Below, in pieces: positions 1 through 13,369 of a DNA stretch of 64,000 nt. A model generated the notes under the pieces. That model was not told the DNA's origin. It saw only the letters and a list, made by a program, of their open reading frames with translations, and searched no databases. Numbering within the stretch: position 1 is the first letter of the stretch; every line of letters starts with the position of its first letter. Both the position numbers and the translations under genes were made by a program. Source of the DNA: Octopus vulgaris (Eukaryota); NCBI GenBank assembly GCA_951406725.2, contig OX597830.1, forward strand, positions 37,572,001 to 37,636,000. The letters run 5' to 3'.

Positions 1-12
1 CACATACACATA

Positions 13-166
13 TAGTTGGAATTTACAGAAAAACAAAAGACGAATACAGGTGTATAAACAACAAGCAGGTGTGTTAATTTGACGCTCGGGAAGGTGAAAA
101 AGTCTCTTACGCTTCGAGCCTACGCTCTTCAAAGAAAGGAACACGAGGAAATAAACATAGTGAGGA

Positions 167-168
<2 letters not shown>
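13..168 (-). mobile_element. Short hammerhead-bearing repeat (family H1; probable Penelope-like element terminal fragment), decayed
   Basis: Homologous to 19265-19425(+) and 59870-59955(+). The minus strand reads TTTCTTTGAAGAGC-GTAG-GCTC-GAAGCGTA-AGAGA, a decayed type I hammerhead core at about 103-139. Abuts (TA)n. Confidence 0.65.
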
Positions 169-217
<49 letters not shown>

Positions 218-218
218 T

Positions 219-312
<94 letters not shown>

Positions 313-416
313 ATTCGACAGGCTATTTTTAGTTTCAGTTAACCATATCATCTCATAAGTTGGGACTGACGTGGTTGGGACGGATGCTTCGTATCACGCG
401 ACCACATCTGCTCCTA
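313..416 (-). mobile_element. Truncated, internally deleted SINE family A copy
   Basis: Matches the head and middle segments of the family A copies (e.g. 62141-62536). Confidence 0.55.
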
Positions 417-848
417 TATTCTAAAAAGAATACTAACAAAATTCTAATAAATAAAATGAAAGACATGCGTGGTAATTGCGGTTGTTGATCCGACATCCTA
501 TAGGAGAGAGCAAACACAATTTGTCACGGCAGGATTGATTACTGAAATGCATTTGGAAGTTTCGATTACTTGTAGCTACACGTGAATAAAACAGCACCAG
601 TATTAGGAAAGTGAAAATAAACACATCACAATTATCGAACAAGCAAATGATAATAACCCTATATCCACAAGAAGAAGAATATTCCAGGGAGACAATGAAT
701 TCCTGCCAGTCTTTTGCGCAGCCCTAATACAACTTAAAAATCAAGGCTTATACATGCTACAGAAAAAAAAAAATTAAGAATATATAACTCGCATGATTTA
801 AGAATATTTAACTGTGTTGATGAGTTGCAAGTAAATCTACAACAAATC

Positions 849-1266
849 AGGCGTGGCTGTGTGATAAGAAGCTTGCTTCCCAAACATATAGTTCCACGTT
901 TAGTCCCACTTCATGGAATCGAGGGCAAGTGTCTTCTTCTATAGATTCAGGCTGACCAAAACTTTGTAAGTGGATTTGGTAGACGGAAACTGAAAGAAGC
1001 CTTCATGTGTGTGTATATATATATATGTATATATATGTGTGTTTGTGTGTGTGTATGACTTTGTGTCTGTGTTTGTCCGCGCTCCATCATCGCTTGTCAA
1101 CCGATGTTGGTGTGTTTATGTCCCCGAGTTTCAGCGGTTCGGTAAAAAAAACGATATAATAAATACTAGGCTTATAAAGAATAAATCCTGTGGTCGATTT
1201 GCTCGACCAAAGGCGGTGCTCCTGATGGTTGCAGTCAAATTAATGAATCACGTAAAAGAGTAAAAA
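849..1266 (+). mobile_element. tRNA-derived SINE family A with internal (TA)/(TG) tract
   Basis: Head GGCGTGGCTGTGTGATAAG..., body GGATTTGGTAGACGGAAACTGAAAGAAGC, tail GTAAAAGAGTAAAA. Colinear with 38282-38818. Confidence 0.85.
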
Positions 1267-1859
1267 TTAATCATAGATTGTAAAAATGTATGATAGTACG
1301 TGTATGATACGAATTAACTGAAATTTGTATATTAAATTAGATTTAAGCACCGAAATCAGAGAATTAACTTTCATATAATACTTAGGAGTGAATAAAACTG
1401 AGAAAATACGTCTCTGTAAATGATAAGAAATAAAAATGACACCGAAGAAATGTACCAATGTAAAAAACTATACTTCTATGCCGGATACAATGCCAAGCAT
1501 ATTAAACCTGTGCTTAAGTAAAGTAGATACTTTAAGCAGAAAAATAAAAGGGCAAGTTAACTCTCCATATTATAGAAATAGAATATACTTTACATACGGT
1601 TTTTACAAATAGAAATGTAGTATGAAATGATAAAAGTGGAAACTGAGAACTAAATAGAAACATGCAAATGCATGTGGGCTGAATAATGTAATATCGAAAT
1701 ATTCAAAACAGAAAGTAGTTTTCACTCGGTATAAGAATATCGATTAGGTACATACTGGAAATTAACTACGTTGAATAAAAATATTTAAAGAATTACAAAG
1801 CTACACAAATAATTTAAAATGTATATATAAAAAACCCAAACAAAAACGAAATTTCAAAA

Positions 1860-2070
1860 ATGAATTGTAAAAAACTGGAAGAAATATTAATTTATGAGCA
1901 ATAACCAACAAAGTATTGTTTTTATGGGATTAATGTTTAAGTATATCACCCTAATGTGTGAATCAATTGTACTCAAAGGGGAGTATACTTCAAAACACGC
2001 CGACAGATATCTTCACGTATGGGTAGATATCTACCTAATTTAGGTGCAAAATTTTTCGAAACAGATTTGA
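1860..2070 (+). pseudogene. Possible highly decayed Penelope-like RT fragment
   Basis: One frame reads SIVFMGLMFK...YTSKHADRYLH, loosely resembling the PLE RT segment FLD...KPTHTDRYLH. Confidence 0.25.
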
Positions 2071-3899
2071 ATATTGTCTCTTTTTATTTCAATGCTGGAG
2101 AGAAAGTTAAACATAAAACTACTAATCATATACTCGTCTATGTATGTTTACTTACAAATATACATGAAATCATATGTATGTACGTGTATAATATGTATGT
2201 GTATGTATGTGTTGATGCGTATATGTACTTATACGTAAATAAATGTAACATGTATATACATATATTCATAGATATATGCATACTTATATGAATGCACACA
2301 CATTTATGTATGCATGTGCGTGTGCGTGTGTCGCATCTAACTAAAACAGAACTAGACTATAAGATTAAGCAGCGGTAAAATTACTGAGCATTTTAAATAA
2401 ATTAGTGAAAATCATCTTCGAATTTGGAACGTATCAAGGAACTTTTTTTCTGAAACTCAGATTTCACGTTACGATCTGTCGAACAATTCCACAAAATTTC
2501 TGGTCTGGAGGCTGTCTCAACTAAAACGAAATGTCAATTCTTCTTAATTTGGAGAAATGTTTCTGACTATTTGAAGCATATCTCGCATGGCGTCTGAATG
2601 CATTCGAGACTTGTATGAGCAACATCTTAATATAAAGAACAAAATGTTTTGAAATATAACCCCTGGTAATATCGTGTTATGTCATTTTAATTGCAGCAAA
2701 TGCGTAGAAGAAAAATTGAATTTGAATCAGATACCCCATATTATACAACAAATATCAGTTAATTTTGTATGCTGAAGGTAATCGTTACCGAATATTTTCC
2801 TCTATCTTCAGTCACAATTGGAATGACTGCGTGAATAACGAAAAATCTTTAATTATTCGATAAAATTAACAATATCTGAGGAACTGAAAATCGTTTCTTT
2901 TGTTTCAGTAAACGCAAATTCTTACTATTTTATTTTGTCGTTGAGAAAGCAGCTTTAGGGGACAAATTCCACATATTTTTATAGATCTTTTATTGTTAAT
3001 TCATGATAGCTATTCTCTATGGATTGTAACACAATACACTAATTAATTTATGAATGTATTTCCCATGCAAAGAGTATATTGGAAAAGATTTGCATCTGCT
3101 TATCCAGGGAGTTTATTATAGTCATCCATAGTTTCAGTACGTTAGTCTGTTTTCTGTTGAATGGTATTTTTTTAGATTAATTAATACATGCACAGCTGCA
3201 AACAGAATTCATGTTCTTAATTATGTTCCTTGGTGCGTTGTAACGGTGTTAATGATATAACATTGTTCGTGATGTAATAGAAAATCATTGTCATGTTGCA
3301 AAATTACGTGTGAGTGATCAATGTTTAAAAATACTACATTATGAAGTAAGGAAATAATTATGTTTAACAAGTATTAAAGTTTTTAATATATATATATATA
3401 TATATATACATACACATTTTTTCTCTTAAAAATGAATGCAAATTCCGTATTTGGGGTAACCACACTCTTTGACTGTTGGAGTAAAATTTTATGTAGGTAA
3501 TTTGGCACAAGATTTTGGTTGTCTTTTGATTTTGATTGTTATGAATATTTCAAGTGAGCTTTTTATCCTTGAGTCTAACTTCAATGGTAGGATATTTTCA
3601 TGGATGTATCTATTACAGATAGATACATCTTTATGTGTGCACGTACGACCATACACATACATACATAAACACATACATATATGTATATATGAATAGATAA
3701 AAATCGTCGACATGTATTTTGTGTATATAGATCCCTACATATACGTACATACGTATGTGTATGTATATACTGAAGTACATTGTGTAAAATGAACGCTTTA
3801 TTGTTGTGATAAATGGTGTTGCATCACTGGGAAGTATAAGACGTTGGAGCTGGCGTAACCCTGTCTCTTGTCAGTAATATATATTCCGTTGTTATATCT

Positions 3900-4960
3900 T
3901 TATTTGCAATATAAATGCTATCAACCTTTCCAACTGCTGCAGTATTTCATCAGTAATTAAGTGTATTCAAGGCACAAATGGATGCCTAGAGATATCTTAC
4001 CTCTGAAAGCAATTGCGCTTTTGATGCTTCCGTCGTGCATCGCTTCAGCCAGATTTCTTTGTTGTGTAGATTCTGTGTATTTATCGTACAATACACATTC
4101 AACATTTCGTAAGCTCTCAAAATTGCATGTGGAACCTTTCACTCCCTTTAGGGTTGACAGGAATTAATCTGGAGTTAAACCACGAGCCGTGCAGCAAGAT
4201 TCCTCCAGTGTTTCATTTTTCAATGCAATGTATGTTTTGCTAGGGAATGAAAATGTATTCTGTAATATCAAAGACATGTATTTTTCTGATAGTTCCGTCG
4301 TTGTGGTTTAGTGCGCAAAATTGTCATGAAAATACGCTGGTTATCGTTGATTTAATTGCGACAATACGGCAGTTATTTGTTCATCAAGCATTTTCTGCTC
4401 TAGCTGAGGCCACGTAGTTTCTGGATCACTAATATTGTGACCATTAATACTTTGCTTAATGTCGTGAATGACTTTATCATTTGTCACAGTGCTTCTAATA
4501 TTTAGGTGAATAGTATGGAAACCACTGAACACACATGGATATATACTTGGCAAATATATACTTGCTATCGTGTAAAGTAATATTTCTCAACCGGATTTTT
4601 GATCCACGTCTGCAACACTATATATCTAGGAAGCATTAATAGCTGCCGTGTTTTTTTTCCTTAATAAGTTTACAAATATTTCCGTCATCATAGGTTCCAA
4701 TTCATGCAAAAGGTTTTTGGACTCTTCTCACATAAGATACATTCATCATACATATTTTTCGTAATTTCGTTCAATAGAGCCTCAATGTATTTTCGCCATG
4801 CTTCTCACACGCAGTTTCACATCTTCTTTACAAGTTCATTAAAATCAGTTTCTTTTTCAAGTAATTCTTAAAATATGTGCCTTTGGAACTCTATAGAAGA
4901 CAATAAAATGTCTCCAAATATATTTTCTCTTTCCCAAAATTATCTACCACATTCATTACT
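3900..4960 (-). pseudogene. Helitron Rep/helicase fossil (frameshifted, deleted)
   Basis: Manual minus-strand translation gives motifs in the correct order: IEFQ..AHIL (4869-4894; HUH motif VIEFQKRGLPHAHIL with a deletion), ICKLIK (cf. KYICKYVNKG), TIHL, SQLNQR, SRLIPVNPKGSERFH, and FESLRNVECVLYDKYTESTQQRNL (cf. SFEDLRTVNGVLYPTYREACQ). Confidence 0.75.
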
Positions 4961-5327
4961 GCATGTATTTCCATATTAAAAGTTCTGGAGACAAAATCTG
5001 ATCAGTATAACTTCACTCGCCCTGAGGAAAATGTTTCATGATATTTCAGATCAGTTAATACTACAGAATATTTAAACGAACAAATGTGGAATACCGTAAT
5101 TTATACAACAGCCAAAACATCATAGTACACTTCTTTCAAATTCTAAGGTAAGTATTCGTAAAGAAATTGGTAAAATTAATGATCGGTTGACTTGCCTGTA
5201 ATTGTATAATGGGAAGCACGGTGATATATATTTCTTGATACCTCTATGCCATACACTACTTGCAATAATCTTTTGATCAGGATAACAGTACTCTACATTA
5301 TGGACCTAAGAACATCAGCTTATTCCA

Positions 5328-5423
<96 letters not shown>

Positions 5424-5449
5424 CATCCATCTACATACACACACACACA

Positions 5450-5489
<40 letters not shown>

Positions 5490-5490
<1 letters not shown>

Positions 5491-5700
5491 TTAATCCAAA
5501 CATGAAAACACAAAGAGAAAACACAGCAACGCGAGGACGTGGAACAAATATAGTATTATTGGACGCTCAGGAAGAAAGGAAAGAAGGAGGGTTTTAGCGT
5601 TTCGAGCGGAGCTCTTCGTCAGAAACATAGGAAAAGGAAAGATCCAAAGAAGGGAAGACGGAGGAAAAAAATCGCCAACGGTACACACGCGCTCACATTT

Positions 5701-5702
<2 letters not shown>
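5490..5702 (-). mobile_element. About 210 bp hammerhead-bearing repeat embedded in (TA)n (family H2, related to H1)
   Basis: Flanked by (TA)n on both sides, contains a hammerhead, and shares the downstream motif TTCCYGAGCGTC with family H1. Confidence 0.7.
5591..5626 (-). ncRNA. Minimal type I hammerhead ribozyme motif
   Basis: The minus strand reads GTTT-CTGACGA-A-GAGC-TCC-GCTC-GAAA-CGCTA-AAAC: intact CUGANGA and GAAA core, stem II GAGC/GCTC, stem I GTTT/AAAC. Stem III is one substitution from the AACGTT palindrome of PLE minimal hammerheads. Confidence 0.8.
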
Positions 5703-5755
<53 letters not shown>

Positions 5756-5814
5756 AATAAAATATATGCATATATATAAACATATATGTACGTACCTACC
5801 TCCACATGTACATA

Positions 5815-6500
5815 TACACGCATATATGTGTACAGGACACCAAAAAGACGTCGAACACATAGAGAGACGAAAAACATAGACACAAACCAAGGAACAAGAC
5901 AAGCAAAAAAAAAGAGATACAGGACAATAAGCACATGCGAAAACAGAGTGGATGAAAGAAGGATAGACAGAAAAAGATCAGCGACAGATAAGGAAATAGA
6001 CATCAGGATTTTCTAATTATGGCTGATCTTACCTTTGCTGGAATCATTGTTGTTCTTCGGAACTTTACATGCCTTCGCTTCTCTATAGTTATTTATTATC
6101 CTATTTTGTCTTGTCGATGTCGCAGCCTTGTCTGAAAATCAGTTACTTTGAACTGCAAGACTAAGGAGCCAGTTGTGCACATTCGGATCATCTCTTAATG
6201 AGCAAACCCTACTTCAGCACCCTGGAACACGGGAATTCCTGATAGGGCTGAGATCCAGCGATCTAGAGCGTCTTTCGTGCGGTGGTAAATTGGCGATAAA
6301 CTACATCCCGTTTTTGTCGGTAGACAGGGTGAGATGCCAAGAATTCTACTTGAAATTAGCAACATATGTTTATTTCTGCTTTCCGACGCACCAACCGATA
6401 TCAGAAAATAGAATCGGCCTGAAAAACATAGACAAGACTACCGCTGCAGGAATGTTTATTAGGTTACGTCAGAGATTGTTTTTTTATGGGAGAGGGTAAA
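5815..6500 (-). mobile_element. Unclassified interspersed repeat; 3' end shared with the 32410-33185 units
   Basis: The minus-strand terminus GTCCTGTACACATATATGC matches GTCCTGTACTCATATATGC at about 33168-33186, preceded by a similar pyrimidine-rich stretch. The far boundary is uncertain. Confidence 0.4.
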
Positions 6501-6981
6501 ACGAGAAATTACGTAAAAGCTCTTTCATCGGCTTGAATATTTTTGTTTAATAACGATAGGCAAGAAAGATACAAGAAAGTTGTTTAGAGTACATCATGTA
6601 TAGAGATTAAGGTTTAGGTGGGCAGATCAAAAGTGATATTGAAAATATCCGAAATTCATAAAAATGGCCTAAATATTAGGTAAATGGCTCAGTTATATAG
6701 TCCCGTCATGAAATATGCAGCTACTATCTTATGAGCGATTTACGCACCAGATATCGAAAATCTATAGCTAATATTTTTAGTGAAAACATAAATCAGCAGT
6801 TCCCACATTTTCTCATCATAATAATTCTCATTTAAAACAAAAAAAGTCATGTTTTCGCCTCCATTTTTGAATATATTTCTTTCGCGTCGTTCGCAAACTT
6901 GCATAAAGCAACAATATCAACAACAAAATTAATATTTTTAATGATGATGATGATGATAATAATAATAGATATAATAATAAT

Positions 6982-7430
6982 ACTTACTAGGCAGTTGTTA
7001 ACGATGTATGCAGCCCACCATCCGAAAGCTTATATCAACCGGCTGTACTTGAGGTGATACCAGAATGGAAGTAGCTTAATAGCAGTTGAAGAATGTGTAC
7101 AGAGGATAATATAAAGTCTAGTTGAATATTTACAGAGCAGCACGGGAAAACTACTAAAAACAGTTGATAAAAATAGGTGATAAAGCGCGTAATAGGAGAA
7201 AAGAACAATAATGAAATACAAAGCCATCACGTCAGAAGTCGAAGAAAAACTTCTGCATAACCAATTTTGCAAAGACGCTGAAAATGTATGTGGAACAAAA
7301 TGTAGCTGCCGAAGATCAACTTGAGAAATATTATATATATGGAGAGACGGTAGTCATGTTGGGCATACTGGGCTTCGTATATTTTACCCCAGTGTCACTT
7401 TGATGGCATGCACTGCTCTCTCACTCACTC
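6982..7430 (+). mobile_element. R4/Dong-clade non-LTR retrotransposon fragment, internally deleted
   Basis: Translates TRQLLTMYAAHHPKAYINRLYLR*...LIAVEECV (post-RT HPK..RLY motif), then LHNQF and a GETV zinc-knuckle remnant. Lies between (GAT/AAT)n and (AAT)n. Confidence 0.75.
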
Positions 7431-7571
<141 letters not shown>

Positions 7572-7588
7572 GATAATAAAAATAATAA

Positions 7589-8116
7589 ATAGCAAGGATA
7601 GTCCATTGGACACTTTGCAACAAGTACGGACTTGACAGAGCAAAAAAGTGGTACGAACATGAACTCGAAGGCATCATCGAGAATAATAATGCAAAGAACC
7701 TATGGGGTTTTGTGATTCAGCGCGGCCATGAGATAGAGAATAGGAAACCAGATATAGTGTTAATTGAAAGCAAACTATGCTGGATCATAGATATAGCATG
7801 CCCAGCAGAGAACAAGGTATGCCATAAGGAGGAAACAAAAGTTGATGTTAGCTTGGGTGGTTAAGCAGTTGTCAACGAAAAAGTTGGTATTAGTACCAAT
7901 AACTGTCGGATCCCTGGGAACAGTGATTAAAAATCTTGAGAAGTACATTGAACAAATGGGGGCTGCAATAAGGTTGGAGCACTTGCAGAAAACAGCACTG
8001 CTTGGAACCGCTCGAATAATCCGGATGGTGCTCGAAAGATAATAATTACCTTAGTACACTGGAAGTGAACAGCTGGCACTGTAGTACATCTCCAGCTTTA
8101 AAAGCTGTGCAAAGGC
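7589..8116 (+). mobile_element. R4/Dong-clade retrotransposon 3' fragment (restriction-like endonuclease + 3'UTR)
   Basis: Translates IVHWTLCNKYGLDRAKKWYEHE...NRKPDIVLIESKLCWIIDIACP...VPITVGSLG...LQKTALLGTARIIRMVL. Flanked by (AAT)n on both sides. Confidence 0.9.
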
Positions 8117-8169
8117 AATAATAATAATAAAACTATTATAAATAAAAGTATTGTCGCTTTCAACAACAG

Positions 8170-8272
8170 CTTCGATTTTGCTTTGCATCCACTGGGGTCG
8201 AATACTGGTGTCGATGCATTCGACTTTTCCCACTCTCAAAATTGCTGGCCTTGTGCAAAAGTTTGAAACCAC
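8170..8272 (+). mobile_element. SINE family B 3' fragment
   Basis: TTGCTTTGCATCC..GGGGTCGA..ACTGGTGTCGAT..AAAATTGCTGGCCTTGTGC matches the body and tail of family B. Confidence 0.55.
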
Positions 8273-8340
8273 AATTTGATAACGGCATTTAAAATTCAAC
8301 ATTCTACCAAGTGCTAAGATTACACGCGTTGAAATAACTG

Positions 8341-8381
<41 letters not shown>

Positions 8382-9989
8382 TATGTCTGTATATGTGCGA
8401 GTGTGTTTGTGTTTATGCGTGTGATTGCGTGTGTGATTGTGTGCTTGTGTGCGTGTGTCTGTGCTTGTTTTAAATTTCTAGTACACGTTTTAGCTGAATC
8501 CCTAGATAGATAGATTGAAAGAATAGAATAACTGAATCCCTAGATAGATAGATTGGTTGATCGAGAGACAGAGAATGTATGTGTGTTCGATGAATTAAGT
8601 GAGAACATGTATAAGAGATGGTGCATATTGCTTCACCAATATGTTAGAAATACAACTTGATAAAATGGGTTTCTGAGTGTGGGATGAGAGGAATTGTTTC
8701 TAAACTTGATACCAGTGTGTATTATAGCCGTTATCTCACTGAATTGGAAGCGAATGCTTTGTTCTGAGCTTTGTCATTTGACTGTGATCTGTGTTTAGTT
8801 GAATGCGGATACAACAAATTTCACTGCATCAATGCTTATAGGGATCTTAATGGGTGATAAATGGAGGAGAAACTTGTGGTAAGTGACTAAAAGAAAGCTT
8901 TGCAATTTCAGAGATGTATAAATGCATGTTGCATCCTTTGGTACTCTTTCTGGATTTCAATACAATGCATAAACGCAAGCAACTGAGGGAGACATATCAG
9001 TCAGTTTGTTGATGTCATTTAATTAATATGGAGATACACGTTTGCATAAGATGCCATATGCCAACAATGGTGGCTTCTGTCAATGGCTTAGTTTTCTCAG
9101 ATGGATCAATGTGAAGCATTTGTACAGGCAGTGGTAATTAGCGTAGCCTTAGTAGATCTCTGACTAGTGAGTTGGTCTGCGATGACAATGAGTTTTGCAG
9201 GCCAGGTTGTTGCATGTTTATTTGGGACATCTCTTCCCGAAGTCTTTATTTCATGGTCAAGAAATTACGAATTTGTCAGAAAACTGTTTTTTCTATCACT
9301 TAGCCATACCCATGAACAGTTAGGCTGGTTTTTTTTTTATGTATCCCAACCTCATAACCACTTTAAGCAGACAGTGCAATAAATTTCTTCACCACAACTT
9401 AACAGTGAAACCGATGAACCATTAGAAGAACCTGAATTTGTATGTTGAGAAGTTATAAATGGCTGTTGAATTAAGTCCTACAGTCTTTTATAAAATAAAG
9501 ATAAAACAATTTGCATAATGAAATTTAAAGATAAATAACATGTGAGAAAGGAATAAAGTGACAACTGGAATACATTTGTTTATAAATCAATTGGTTAAGT
9601 GTTCACTTGCAGCTAAACAAAGTATTTGAAACTGGAATAAGCTGAAAATTAGTTATTAAAGTAGATATCGAAAGGCCATGACAGCTTAGGAATTATTTGT
9701 TTTTGTAGTTTATTTCGCGAATGATCCTTCGAAGTTTTCTTTCTTTTCTCCAATAACATTCCAACGGCTTAAAATAAATATAAGCCACAATGGAACATTC
9801 GGTCATTATATTCACAGAAAACATCCTGTTGGAAAATCATTCATCACGTTCGGCCGAATTAGGTTCAGTCTGAGTGGCAATACAAACAGTTCCAAAAACA
9901 AGAGCACAAGCCTTGCTCTAGCAATATTGTTAAAAGGCGTTAGTTTATCAATTAGTTTCACTGAATAGGAAATACAGTCTCATGTAAGG

Positions 9990-10238
9990 GATATATGAAA
10001 TATTCGAAATTCGAAATATGTATAACGTGCAAAATGCCCCCCCGTCAAATGCACGTTCCCACGGCTTTATCGATCGCATTCTCACCTGGAATCAATTTTT
10101 GTAATTTTTTCAAGACTTATACACGCCCTGATACCGTCGGTTTCTGCATATCAAATTTGAGCGCAATCGTATGGAGGATGCCCGAGATCTTAGAAGACAG
10201 ACATACACAGACAGACAGAACAGATTTTATATAATAGA
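9990..10238 (-). mobile_element. Non-autonomous Helitron-like element, 5' part
   Basis: The minus strand starts A|TCTATTATATAAAA followed by (CTGT)n, the same 5' architecture as the 11818 and 39803 elements. The 3' end is not resolved. Confidence 0.55.
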
Positions 10239-11817
10239 TATGGAAATAGAAAATATATTTCAGTAAAAATTGCTCCACATCATGTATCTTATAAGAGAAT
10301 TAGAGTCTATATTAAAACTGACTACGTTAAATTACTAACGTCAGTACAATTCCTATTTGCATATAATCTAGTATTTAGAGAGTGTGAATCATTCGACTTT
10401 GTTTTCATGTACAACAAATTATGTACCCTTAATATCCTGGTTTTACATATATACGTAACTTCATCAAATAAGAGTGTCTTTTTTTTCCTCAGTAAAGCAC
10501 TAATACGGCCACATAAGAAATAATCCATCAGCTATCACTGAATGTAACATGGTACTAACACTTTGAAATAGCCTTTGGCCATTGATTACTTAAAGAAATG
10601 AATGAATATCACTTTTTCTCATGTGTCGACCAAACATATAAAGCTTTGAGTTTAATGTAAGAAGTATAACGCTCTTAAGAGTGAATGTTATGCCACACAT
10701 TTAATGTTGATGCGTCGATGTCGCGATACATTTTCGGTTTCCGGTCATAAATACTTTATTGCCTGTATATCAGTTATACTCTTCAGATAAATGTCGTAAA
10801 GTTTCTCTAAATGTCGTCTGCATATATGAAGCCATATATCAAAGAAAGAAAGCGATATTTCATCCATCAAAACGATACCATCGATGTCAATCTTTACAAT
10901 TTCGACAAGCGACTGGCATTTTAATCAAGATTATAATTAAAGGTGATAACAGAATGGAATGAAAATATACAGATTATTATTCTGATAAAGTTTAGATGAA
11001 TTCTTGTTTATTTCTAACAGGTTTGGAATAGTAAACATAAGTTTGAATCTGATAGATGAAGAGCCGACTTTCAATTTTAATTCTTGTTACTATCTGCTCA
11101 TATGAAAAGCAATGAACAGTCATAAAATAAATTATTCCACGTATTCTTAGATTAATTGAAAAGACGTTTGGCGCATATTACCAACCATATAAGCTGCAGG
11201 GAATATGGCATTCTGTTTTATTCTGGATATAACATACCCAACTGCATACTCGCAGATTGAGAATGCGCTCATATCAAAAGTAGTCTACAATAGACAGCCA
11301 AAAGTCAGTCGGCATGCGTACATAATCAAGTTTTAAACCAATACACATTCTCATTTGTCCAGAGGCATTGCTATCATCAAACATCTCAATCTTATAAGTT
11401 TTCGAGTAAACTAGCTAGCACCCCTACACGGGAAACACACGCCCCTGTGACACCACTTTTCTAATCACAATATCCATGTTCGCCTTATTTGTCAACTATC
11501 GTGCCTACGTGAACTTTACTCGGACCGGTCAGCAATTAAAGTCAGAACTATTAAGGATGTCTTAACCGAACATAATACTTGGTTATTTTGCATAGAGAGA
11601 ATCTCAGAATGATATTCGAAATTGGTGAGGACCCAGGAAGAAATTAAATGCTATGTGCCTGTTTGCACGTCAATGTGAGTGAGCTGACGCGAATGTATAC
11701 AAAAACATATGTTATATGTGAAAAGGTATGTCTGTATGGGTAGCATATAGGAAAACGTGTACGTGTGTGTGTGAGCATATATAGATAATGGTGAATAACA
11801 TTTTCAATTTCCTATTA

Positions 11818-12211
11818 TCTTTATATATAAAAGTAAGGTTGTGTGCTGTCTGTCTCCTACGATTTAGATTCCTAACTACTCCCACATTTTGCGGTGCAGT
11901 TTAACCAAAACCGGGTATCTTATAGTCGTGATTCATATCGAGCCCTTCTGGATATTAGCGCGCGTCTACGATGAGTCTACGATTTTAAAAATAATTTAAC
12001 ATCAATTTTTCCCATTTTAATGCATTTTTGGCATATATAAGGGAAGTAACTCTCTAAAAATTTATTATTAAATCTCAGAACGTAAAAAGCTACAGTACCC
12101 CCCTCCTTTGTGCTTAGCCATATTGAGATGGCTATTATACTTTACATCTCTAAAAATGCTTATATAGTTATTTCCCTTACAAACTCGAGCAACGCCGGGC
12201 GATACTGCTAG
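11818..12211 (+). mobile_element. Non-autonomous Helitron, complete
   Basis: 5' TC preceded by A, 3' CTAG followed by T, subterminal hairpin CTCG-AGCAACGC-CGGG, no TSD. A highly similar copy lies at 39803-40098. Confidence 0.9.
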
Positions 12212-12682
12212 TATTATATATATATATATATACACCCATGATAGCATGGAAAGCGGACGTTAAATGATGATGATGGTGATGATATATATATATATATGCG
12301 GATCTACAAACACAAACGCAGAAGAGTGTGTATTTGTCAGCATGTACATTTGTGTGGTTGCCGAAGTGTGTGTGTATTATGATGGCCTTAAACATCTATC
12401 TACCTGTCTGTCTGTATGTATGTTTATCTATTTATCTATCTATCTATCTATCTACAAACACAGATACACACGCACACAGAAACCAGTCTGAAATGTTTTA
12501 CCAAAAAAGAAAAGTATAATTGTCACTAAATGTGACTAGGGTGTTAGAAACATCTACACTGTTAGAAATAAGAGTTAAACTGATCTAATGCTGTAGTTAA
12601 AGCACATAATTGTATACATATACACTGAGGGGAATATGATCGCTCGAAAACACTGACCGAGTACTGCCTATACTGACAGGTT

Positions 12683-12727
<45 letters not shown>

Positions 12728-12742
12728 TAGATAGATAGATAG

Positions 12743-12786
<44 letters not shown>

Positions 12787-12799
12787 AGATAGATAGATA

Positions 12800-12833
<34 letters not shown>

Positions 12834-13369
12834 GTTAGGATTGTAGTTCTTTTCGACCAAATATATATAGAGACAGGTGTACGTGTGTTATATAAATGTC
12901 TGCGTGCGTATATATATATATGTGTGTGTGTGCATGTGTATGTGTATCCGTGTATGTGCGTGAGTGTGTGGTGTCTGCTTGTACACATGCGTGAGTATTT
13001 ATGTGGGTATATACGCTTAGATTTACGACGCTTTCTAGATTTGTTATTCCTATGTCTTACGTACATATGGTCCGATATCTTAATCTCGAAACATATGTAG
13101 AATTTACCAGTATATCTTGCAACAGCTATATATATTATTTACATAATTTCTCATCTCTTAAATATAGAAGTGAATTATATTCATATTCCGACGAAATATT
13201 AATGTAATTGTAAGTTTTGAATAATATCGCGTGGTGTCTTAATTATGGATTGCACATTCTAATAACTGCCTTAATATTATTTTAACGCTTATTATTAATA
13301 GTAACTTTAACATTTCATGTTTTATTCACTGAATTGCAGAAATGCTGACGCCTCGCTTTCAAAGTTTTC

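Noticed and set aside
12625-12670. Hammerhead-like CTGAGGGG...CTCGAAA
   Set aside because: The core is altered and stems I-III are not convincingly paired.
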